Below, piece by piece: positions 1-9,304 of a stretch of 28,405 nt of DNA. Origin of the DNA: Macrostomum lignano (Eukaryota). The stretch is taken from contig NIVC01005025.1 of NCBI GenBank assembly GCA_002269645.1, forward strand, positions 1-28,405, in the 5' to 3' direction. Position numbers and translations under genes: made by a program. Below the pieces are notes generated by a model. It searched no databases. It was not told the origin of the DNA and saw only the letters and a list, made by a program, of their open reading frames with translations. Numbering within the stretch: the first letter of the stretch is position 1; each line of letters begins with the position of its first letter.

Positions 1-15
1 AAGAAAAAATAGCAG

Positions 16-853
16 CCCCCATTTGAGCATTGGAAATCTCAGCAACCCCTCATTTGAGCATTGGCACTCAGCAACCCCTCATTTGAGCATGGGATCTCAG
101 CAACGCCCTCATTTGAGCATTGGAAATCTCAGTAACCCCTCATTTGAGCATTGGAAATCTCAGTAACCCCTCATTTGAGCATTGGAAATCGATCAGTAAC
201 CCCTCATTTGAGCATTGGAAATCGATCAGTAACCCCTCATTTGAGCATTGGAAATCGATCAGTAACCCCTCATTTGAGCATTGAAATCTCAGTAACCCCT
301 CATTTGAGCATTGGAAATCGATCAGTAACCTCATTTGAGCATTGGAAATCTCAGTAACCCCTCATTTGAGCATTGGAAATCGATCAGTAACCCTCATTTG
401 AGCATTGGAAATCGATCAGTAACCCCTCATTGAGCATTGGAAATCGATCAGTAACCCCTCATTTGAGCATTGGAAATCTCAGTAACCCCTCATTTGAGCA
501 TTGGAAATCGATCAGTAACCCCTCATTTAGCATTGGAAATCGATCAGTAACCCCTCATTTGAGCATTGGATCTCAGCAACCCTCATTTGAGCATTGGGAT
601 CTCAGCAACCCCTCATTTGAGCATTGGAAATCTCAGTAACCCCTCATTTGAGCATTGGAAATCTCAGTAACCCCTCATTTGAGCATTGGAAATCTCAGCA
701 ACCCCTCATTTGAGCATTGGAAATCTCAGCAACCCCTCATTTGAGCATTGGAAATCTCAGCAACCCTCATTTGAGCATTGGAAATCTCAGTAACCCTCAT
801 TTGAGCATTGGAAATCTCAGTAACCCCTCATTTGAGCATTGGAAATCTCAGCA
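16..853. repeat. Minisatellite, 30-33 bp unit (CCCCTCATTTGAGCATTGGAAATC[TC/GATC]AGTAA), roughly 27 copies
   Basis: Head-to-tail repeats read directly, with two main unit variants (..AAATCTCAG.. and ..AAATCGATCAG..). No spacers. Confidence 0.95.
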
Positions 854-1378
854 GCTCCCCGCCCTTGACCCTCGTCAACCCCCAATGTCTGCAGGTGCCG
901 GTGAAAAAAGCCAGCTAGGAAGTAGTTCAAGATCCCAGCTGATACTCACTGCAAGGAAGAGACCCAGTGGCAGTCTCGTATTGCAAATGCACGCATTTTG
1001 CCACGCCAGAAATTAATGAAAACATAAGGAAATTGCCTCGCACTGGCATTTCTTTTTCTCTCTCTCTGCAACTGGAAAATTTGAAAACAGAAGCAAAGTT
1101 GGAAACCCAGAAAGCACTTTATTGCCCGCTTGATGAACGCTTGGTGACTGCAACGGCCTCTGCCTCTCCCTCAGCCGCCTCTCCCTGCTTCGCGCTTACA
1201 CAAGTATTAAAGCCTGAACTGCAGCTGCAAGCGCCCAACTTTGCAGGCATTCAAATCTGAATTTCAAACAAGAAAATCACGACTCGAGATCTCCAGCGCC
1301 GTTTCGTTCGACATTCAAGATTATCCGTTCCGTGTTCTCGTAGCCTAGCTTCGCAGTCTGAGAATTCTCCCAGTTTCA

Positions 1379-1603
1379 ATGCTTCAACTTCCCAGTTTCG
1401 ATCAGCAGCGGAGTTCCTTCAAAGCCGCCGAGCTCCAGCTGGCCGCCGCGCTGCGCTCGCTGCGGGAACTTCGGCTGGAGCGGCCGGCGGGTCCGGCGGC
1501 GGCCAACGAGGTCGATCAGCCGGCGGCCCGAAGTCTCCAGGTCACAAGGACTCGAATTTGCGGCCGGGTGAGCTGCCTGCACCTGGCGCCGGGGGACATC
1601 CGG
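1379..1603 (+). CDS. Possible coding exon of an unresolved + strand gene (MLQLPSFDQQRSSFKAAELQLAAALRSLRELRLERP...)
   Basis: GC-rich open frame like the true exons of this window, with two in-frame phase-0 donors (GTGAGC at 1568, GTGAGG at 1604) followed by a minisatellite. I found no convincing downstream partner exon and no recognisable domain. Confidence 0.3.
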
Positions 1604-1701
1604 GTGAGGCCTTGTGTTGTTCGGCGCAGATTGTGTTGGATGGAAATTCATTTTTTTATTCAATGTAGCTGCATGCCCTGTGTATGCCGCAACGATTTTG
1701 T

Positions 1702-2240
1702 TGCGAATGTGAATCCGAATATTGTTCCGAATGTAGACCGAATCTTGTTCCGAATGTAGACCCGAATCTTGTTCCGAATGTAGACCCGAATCTTTGTTCC
1801 GAATGTAGACCCGAATCTTGTTCCGAATGTAGACCCGAATCTTGTTCGAATGTAGACCCGAATCTTGTTCCGAATGTAGACCCGAATCTTTTTCCGAATG
1901 TGGAACCGAACAGTGTTCCGAATGTGGATCCGAACAGTGTTCCGAATGTGGAACCGAACAGTGTTCCGAATGTGGATCCGAACAGTGTTCCGAATGTGGA
2001 ACCGAACAGTGTTCCGAATGTGGATCCGAACAGTGTTCCGAATGTGGAACCGAACAGTGTTCCGAATGTGGAACCGAACAGTGTTCCGAATGTGGATCCG
2101 AACAGTGTTCCGAATGTGGATCCGAACAGTGTTCCGAATGTGGAACCGAACAGTGTTCCGAATGTGGAACCGAACAGTGTTCCGAATGTGGAACCGAACA
2201 GTGTTCCGAATGTGGACCCAATTATTGTTCTGAATGTGAA
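1702..2240. repeat. Minisatellite, 24 bp unit made of two 12-bp CCGAA-headed subunits; two sequence domains
   Basis: CCGAATCTTGTTCCGAATGTAGAC in about 1730-1900, then CCGAACAGTGTTCCGAATGTGGA[A/T] in about 1900-2215, with degenerate edges. Confidence 0.95.
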
Positions 2241-2955
2241 TCGAAATAATTGCTTCAAATCTGTTTCCTTGCGGAACATTGTACTTTTAATTCACAACTA
2301 TTTAAGCCATTTCGCTTAAACAATCTTTTCTGGTGAAAGCGGTATTTGTCATTACTACTTTACCAGACTTCTAGCTCCATCAGAAACAGTTACACGGGCC
2401 TGCAGGAATTCCTTTCAAACCTGTTTCTCCGGCTCATGTTATGGCGATGATTTATGGCTGCTGGAATAACTGCCGCCGTCGCTAGCGCTGTCCCAAGCTC
2501 CAGCCGAGAGAAGGAAACCTCTGCTTTCTTTTGGCCCAAATTGCCGCCGAAATGACTCTGAAATGACAAAACTGCCAAAGCTAATTTTAGCGTGGCAGCT
2601 GAAGACCTGAAGTCAGGCTCGAAAATAGCTTTGCTCTTTGCTGCATTGACCATGGACTTCTAAAAATAGAACATGGAATCAAGAAGTCCATGCCGAGCGT
2701 GTAATCAGAATTAATTTTAGAAGCATTTGCAACTTGTCATTCTGATTTGTTTATCAGTGACCAGTGCGTTTTGCTTGACCTTGGAAACTGGAATTTCCTG
2801 AATACGAGCGTAGATTTGAGTCGGGCTGCTTCTGATTTGACTCTTTTCGGAGCACCAGAACTGCCCGCCGGTATTTTCCGCTTTTATGGAAATGTCGGCG
2901 AGTCAATCATGCGCTCGGAGCAGCCAGCTTCGAGCAAAAACTTTTGTAGCCTGTG

Positions 2956-3864
2956 CCTCTGTAGCTGGCGCCCCTCTGTAGCTGGCGCCCCCTCTGTAGC
3001 TGGCGCCCCTCTGTAGCTGGCGCCCCCTCTGTAGCTGGCGCCCCTCTGTAGCTGGCGCCCCCTCTGTAGCTGGCACCCCCTCTGTAGCTGGCGCCCCTCT
3101 GTAGCTGGCGCCCCCTCTGTAGCTGGCGCCCCCTCTGTAGCTGGCGCCCCCTCTGTAGCTGGCGCCCCCTCTGTAGCTGGCGCCCCCTCTGTAGCTGGCG
3201 CCCCTCTGTAGCTGGCGCCCCTCTGTAGCTGGCGCCCCCTCTGTAGCTGGCACCCCCTCTGTAGCTGGCGCCCCTCTTTATCTGGCACCCCCTCTTTATC
3301 TGGCATCCCCTCTGTAGCTGGCGCCCCTCTGTAGCTGGCGCCCCCTCTGTAGCTGGCGCCCCTCTGTAGCTGCGCCCCTCTGTAGCTGGCGCCCCTCTGT
3401 AGCTGGCGCCCCCTCTGTAGCTACCGCCCCTTTGTAGCTGGCACCCCTCTGTAGCTGGCACCCCCTCTTTAGCTGGCACCCCTTCTGTAGCTGGCACCCC
3501 CTCTGTAGCTGGCGCCCCTCTTTATCTGGCACCCCCTCTTTATCTGGCATCCCCTCTGTAGCTGGCGCCCCTCTGTAGCTGGCGCCCCCTCTGTAGCTGG
3601 CGCCCCTCTGTAGCTGCGCCCTCTGTAGCTGGCGCCCCTCTGTAGCTGGCACCCCTCTGTAGCTGGCGCCCCCTCTGTAGCTGGCGCCTCCTCTGTAGCT
3701 GGCACCCCTCTGTAGCTGGCGCCCCCTCTGTAGCTGGCGCCCCCTCTGTAGCTGGCGCCCCTCTGTAGCTGCGCCCCTCTGTAGCTGGCGCCCTCTGTAG
3801 CTGGCGCCCCCTCTGTAGCTACCGCCCCTTTGTAGCTGGCGCCCCCTCTGTAGCTGGCGCCCCT
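2956..3864. repeat. Minisatellite, 16-17 bp unit CCCC(C)TCTGTAGCTGGCG, roughly 55 copies
   Basis: Direct reading. Variant units (GCA, GCAT, TTTATC) recur as cassettes. Confidence 0.95.
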
Positions 3865-3923
3865 TATAAGATATTCAGTGCAATCTGAAAAATTCAAGCA
3901 ACTAAACTGCACAGCAGACAATG

Positions 3924-4402
3924 TGACGTCATGCTCTGGAACCTTTTTTAAAAATTCTTATACAAGTTCGATTCTTTTACGTGTATAGTATCTGTGGTTA
4001 TGAGTTAATTTAAATTAAATTTAATTTAATGTTTTATAAATCATTTATTTACAAGGTGCTGCTAAATTTCGAGCTAGATTGAGAATCGTTGAACGAACGC
4101 CTTGGAGAATTGTTTTTCAGAATTTCTTGCACTCCGGCGGCTCCGTCTCCTGTGCTGCCCGACGCGCCAGTTTCTTATAGCGGGTCGCTACTCTGAAAGA
4201 CTGAAAAGCCTGTTGGTGCGGTGCGCCTCGCAACCATGGGATAAATGAATCTCGGAGCGCTCGATATAGCGGCTGTCCCGAATATCTGCGGGTGGAGATT
4301 CGAAATTCCCATCCGCATAGGGAAATCGATTCGCAGAATGAGCTGAGCTCGAGTAGCGGCGCTCACAGCCGCACCTCAGCGCTGCCAGAGGAGGTGACGT
4401 CA
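3924..4402. promoter_or_regulatory. Two perfect CRE palindromes TGACGTCA (3924-3931, 4395-4402) in a GC-rich segment upstream of a putative ATG at 4839
   Basis: Exact motif matches only; function is inferred. Confidence 0.25.
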
Positions 4403-4838
4403 GCCTCTGGGGCTCTCGGGCGGAGGAGGCAAATCTGAGGGGGGGGGGTTGAGCGGCGCGAGGGGTTCTTTTCCAGCTTATCCTGCCCAAGTTCCCAAAA
4501 CTCTATTGGCAAGGCCAGCCAGCTCTCCTCCCCTATCCGAGTGTACATTGGGGAGAAACACTGAGGGTAATGGCTGTTATTGGTCGGCCTCCCCTTCTTC
4601 GCGTGTCACCCCCCTTCAGTCTGTCCTCTCCTACACAAACCCGCCTCTCCCGCATCCCCAAGACGTGCGGGACACGCTGGGACCCCTTAATATAGATCTC
4701 CCCACCCTCGCTTGCGGAGTCACGCCCGCCTCTCTGCCAAAGTCGTCTGGGCAAAGCAGGGGCTCGCGAACCGACTTTGATAGCCCCACACAACCCTGCC
4801 GGATCCGCGATGGGGACCGCGAGATAGCGGAACTCGGC

Positions 4839-7360
4839 ATGGCTGACAACTGCTGCGGCGAAAGCAAACTGGACTTTCTGGCCATGATTTCCTGGCCATT
4901 TCTGCTGCTGCTGAAGCTGACAGCTCTGCTGCTGCTGACAGTGGATCAGCTGATTGACTGCCTCCGCGCTTTTTTCATTGAGCAGGCGCGAATCGAGCCC
5001 GCGACCTTGTCGAACTGTGTGGGAAAGTTGAACTTTGAGTCGGGAAATTGGTGAGTGCTTTCAGAAACCCTAAACTTCACAAACCCTCCACATCACTCTT
5101 CACAAGCCCTCAACTTCACAAACCCTCCACATCACTCTTCACAAGCCCTCAACTTCACAAACCCTCCACTTCACTCTTCACAAACCCTTCACTTCACAAA
5201 CCGTTCACTTCACAAACCCTAAGCTTCACAAATCCTACACTTCACAAACCCTACACTTAACAAACCCTACACTTCACAAACCCTACACTTCACAAACCCT
5301 ACACTTCACAAATCCTACACTTCACAAACCCTACACTTCACAAACCCTACACTTCACAAACCCTCCACTTCACTCTTCACAAACCCTTCACTTCACAAAC
5401 CGTTCACTTCACAAACCCTAAGCTTCACAAATCCTACACTTCACAAACCCTACACTTCACAAACCCTACACTTCACAAACCCTAAGCTTCACAAATCCTA
5501 CACTTCACAAATCCTACACTTCACAAACCCTACACTTCACAAATCCTACACTTCACAAATCCTACACTTAACAAACCCTACACTTCACAAATCCTACACT
5601 TCACAAACCCTACACTTCACAAATCCTACACTTCACAAACCCTACACTTCACAAACCCTACACTTAACAAACCCTACACTTCACAAATCCTACACTTCAC
5701 AAACCCTACACTTCACAAACCCTACACTTCACAAATCCTACACTTCACAAATCCTACACTTCACAAACCCTACACTTCACAAATCCTACACTTCACAAAC
5801 CCTACACTTAACAAACCCTACACTTCACAAATCCTACACTTCACAAACCCTACACTTAACAAACCCTACACTTCACAAATCCTACACTTCACAAACCCTA
5901 CACTTAACAAACCCTACACTTCACAAATCCTACACTTCACAAACCCTACACTTAACAAACCCTACACTTCACAAACCCTCAACTTTAGGAATTCAGATTT
6001 TTGTTACTTTTACCGTTTTACCATTTGGGGGAATGAAATGCAATTTGTAATTATAAAAATTAGGATCTGGGAAAGTCCGAGGTCTGGGCTGTCCAGACTG
6101 TACTGCAAGTACCGAAATCCCTGTCTTCAACTTTCAGCACCAGCCGCCATGAGCTGGAGCCCTCCCACCGCAAAGAGGCATTTTCACCAACTGTAATCCG
6201 CGCTGCAGATGGAGTGAAAACCTCTGGTAAGTTTCTTTTGGGGTTGAGAAGTTTCGAGATTTCAGAAAAACGTGGAATAATAAACACTCTGAGTTCTGAA
6301 TTTTTGGGACGTGAACACAGGAGATTATCAATCTAGAGGACTTTAAACAAAGGATTGTGAACACAGGGGATTGTGAACACAGGGGATTGTGAACACAGGG
6401 GATTGTGAACACAGGGGATTGTGAACACAGGGGATTGTGAACACAGGGGATTGTGAACACAGGGGATTGTGAACACAGGGGATTGTGAACACAGGGGATT
6501 GTGAACACAGGGGATTGTGAACACAGGGGATTGTGAACACAGGGGATTGTGAACACAGGGGATTGTGAACACAGGGGATTGTGAACACAGGGGATTGTGA
6601 ACACAGGGGATTGTGAACACAGGGGATTGTGAACACAGGGGATTGTGAACACAGGGGATTGTGAACACAGGGGATTGTGAACACAGGGGATTGTGAACAC
6701 AGGGGATTGTGAACACAGGGGATTGTGAACACAGGGGATTGTGAACACAGGGGATTGTGAACACAGGGGATTGTGAACACAGGGGATTGTGAACACAGGG
6801 GATTGTGAACACAGGGGATTGTGAACACAGGGGATTGTGAACACAGGGGATTGTGAACTCAGGTGTCACGGGTTCAAATTTTGGGGGCAGGAGAATAGTG
6901 CTCAAGCCTGGAACCCCATAAAAAATTCAGTTTAAATACACGAGGAAGTTTTCTTGCTCAAGAGAAAAATTTCCCCCAAAGCTGACCCGAGTTCGAAAAA
7001 ATGCCATTAAAAGTGCGGAGGTTCCCTCCCAATCTGGCGGAAAACCTGTTGGTCTAAAGATCCCATGGGATCTGGCTGGAGAGCCACCCGTTGCGCAAAT
7101 GCAAATTGATGGCCCGCTGCTGTTGGATTTTCTCTCTTCTAGAAGAAAGAATTTGCCTAGGAGAAGCAGGAAAATCGCGGCAACAACTTCCAGATGTGCG
7201 CAGGCCGTTCCAACAAGATTGGAAACTGCTTGCTTGCTTCTTGGGAGTTCGAACGAACTCTGTTGCACTCGGCTGCAGCTCAGTCTGCTTTTATTGCCTT
7301 CGAATTTGCATTGCGCCCTGCTTTGCAAGGCCACTGCGCGAACCGTTCAATTCCTGGTAG
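4839..7360 (+). CDS. Putative 3-exon orphan gene, about 172 aa, with an N-terminal hydrophobic segment; join(4839..5050,6138..6226,7143..7360)
   Basis: Donors GTGAGT (5051) and GTAAGT (6227), pyrimidine-rich acceptors (..CTTCAACTTTCAG 6137, ..TTTTCTCTCTTCTAG 7142). Phases are consistent (2,1) and the frame stays open to TAG 7358-7360. Both introns hold minisatellites like the confirmed genes. The frame is also open upstream of 4839, so the start is uncertain. No homology recognised. Confidence 0.35.
5065..5984. repeat. Minisatellite, 16 bp unit ACTTCACAAA[C/T]CCTAC, roughly 55 copies
   Basis: Direct reading. It starts about 14 nt after the GTGAGT donor at 5051. Confidence 0.95.
6352..6863. 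repeat. Perfect minisatellite, 16 bp unit GGGGATTGTGAACACA, about 32 copies
   Basis: No internal variants seen. One degenerate copy lies just upstream (about 6306-6325). Confidence 0.97.
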
Positions 7361-8031
7361 AAATCCCCATTGGGATCTGCTCCCCATTCTGATTCCGTGT
7401 GTGAGTCCTAGATAGAAATCCCCATTGGGATCTGCTCCCCATCCTGATTCCGTATGTGAGTCCCAGGTAGAAATCCCCATTGGGATCTGTTCCCCATCCT
7501 GATTCCGTGTGTGAGTCCCAGGTAGAAATCCCCATTGGGATCTGCTCCCCATCCTGATTCCGTGTGTGAGTCCCAGGTAGAAATCCCCATTGGGATCTGC
7601 TCCCCATCCTGATTCCGTGTGTGAGTCCCAGGTAGAAATCCCCATTGGGATCTGCTCCCCATCCTGATTCCGTGTGTGAGTCCCAGGTAGAAATCCCCAT
7701 TGGGATCTGCTCCCCATCCTGATTCCGTGTGTGAGTCCCAGGTAGAAATCCCCATTGGGATCTGCTCCCCATCCTGATTCCGTGTGTGAGTCCCAGGTAG
7801 AAATCCCCATTGGGATCTGTTCCCCATCCTGATTCCGTGTGTGAGTCCCAGGTAGAAATCCCCATTGGGATCTGCTCCCCATCCTGATTCCGTGTGTGAG
7901 TCCCAGGTAGAAATCCCCATTGGGATCTGCTCCCTATCCTGATTCCGTGTGTGAGTCCCAGGTAAAAATCCCCATTGGGATCTGCTCCCCATCCTGATTC
8001 CGTGTGCTAAACCCAGATAGAAATCCCCATT
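7357..8031. repeat. Minisatellite, 55 bp unit GGTAGAAATCCCCATTGGGATCTGCTCCCCATCCTGATTCCGTGTGTGAGTCCCA, about 12 copies
   Basis: Direct reading. The 55-aa periodicity of the antisense ORFs confirms 3x55 bp. Confidence 0.95.
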
Positions 8032-8707
8032 CATACGAGTATTGGCAATTTCAACGCCAAGATTGTGCCAGGAAAGTTGCATAAACTGCTGGAGACAGGG
8101 GCAGCACAGGCAGCAGGCAAGCCAGCAGACAGCAGGAGGAACTGCATGCAGCAAATGCCTCTGACTTATTAGCAGTGACGCAATCTGCAAGAATCGGCAA
8201 CAGCTGAGGGCCCGACAGGCCACTCATTCACTGCCGGGGGTCGGAGGGAAGGAGTTCCAGAGGAATTTGTAGTGAAATCCCAGACTGACTGACTGCGAAA
8301 GCCAAGGGGAAATTATTGCAAGAGAATATATTATTATTGATATTAGTCCCCAGATCTCCTCAGAGCTCCCCCAAAGCAGACTCGGGCCAACAAAGCCGGA
8401 GAGAGGGGCTCCTCAGACTGTTTTGATTGATTCAATGCTAATGGCTCTGCGGCAGTCCGGCGCGAATAAACTTGGGCCTCTCCTTGCTTCCTCTTGTTTA
8501 TCAGTCCAGAATCCCCGTGCACTCCCCGGTCCTCCACTCGTCAACTTCCCCCCTTGCCCCGGAGTGGGTTACGTAATCCCCATTTGAGGATCCCGGGGCG
8601 AAGTGGGCGCGAGGCTGCATGCGGGCAGTGAGGAGTTGGGGCAGGAAATCCCAAAGCCCGGCATTCATAAACCGAGCCGGCTTTGACTGGCGTAGGCGGC
8701 GCTCAAG

Positions 8708-8720
8708 TGAGTCACGTGAT
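8708..8720. promoter_or_regulatory. Overlapping AP-1 (TGAGTCA) and E-box (GTCACGTGAT) motifs in the GC/CpG-rich region upstream of the RhoGEF gene
   Basis: Exact motif matches in a non-coding GC-rich block (about 8350-9200); function is inferred. Confidence 0.25.
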
Positions 8721-9304
8721 CCGACTCGGAAGCGGAGATGCAGGGAGAGAATGGGAGAATGGGAGGACTTGAAATTTCCTGTCGAATACGAGTAAAATTA
8801 ACTTCAGCAACCGAAATGCCTACTAGCAGTAATCTGCTGCGCATGCCGTGGCTCCTTGGCCCCCGAACTGGTCGCATTTTTAGCTCCTAATTTTCAAGCC
8901 ACCGCCCTACTTCCCCAGCTGCGGCATTCCGGCCCCGACCTCAGCATCCATCGCTGATTATCCCCCTCCCAGCTGCGGCATTCCACCTTTCCTGCCTCCA
9001 TCGGCTCCCCTCACCGGGCGGGAAGTTGCGGACGGTCCCAGGCACGCCGCCCCATCCGTCCCTATCCCTCTCCATCCATCCCTTTCCTCAATGAATGCGC
9101 ACTTTAAGCCACCGGGGGCGCTCCGCTCCCACAGCACGGGGGTTATAAACATGGGGCCGCAAGCTGCAGCCGGGTGCCGCTGTCTCTCGTTCAGTCTGCA
9201 TTGGAAAATCTTTTCCAGTTCCCGGCCGCTGTAGTTCGGCAGCTGCGAACGACCCGCCTGAGCCGCGACTTCGGACCGCCTGCGGCAGATCCGCCACTGC
9301 GGCG

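Noticed and set aside
16-853. CRISPR-like appearance of 30-33 bp repeats with a small internal hairpin (also the 55-bp array at 7357)
   Set aside because: Units are contiguous with no unique spacers, there are no cas genes, and the context is eukaryotic.
2390-2653. 87-aa - strand ORF MVNAAKSKAIFEPDF...
   Set aside because: No domain or consistent splice partners found; it cannot be told from a chance ORF.
1376-3921. Repetitive ORFs (PHSEHCSV, STFGTLFG, GAPATE) that look like mucin or antigen repeats
   Set aside because: They are open in several frames and on both strands at once, and are explained by the DNA minisatellites.
5065-5984. Telomere-like AAACCCT motif in the 16-bp array
   Set aside because: There is no tandem TTAGGG or TTTAGGG run; the motif is only part of a longer unit.
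9144-9196. TATAAA (9144) plus Inr-like TCAGTC (9191) as the RhoGEF core promoter
   Set aside because: The spacing of about 49 nt is well beyond the usual 30 nt or so.
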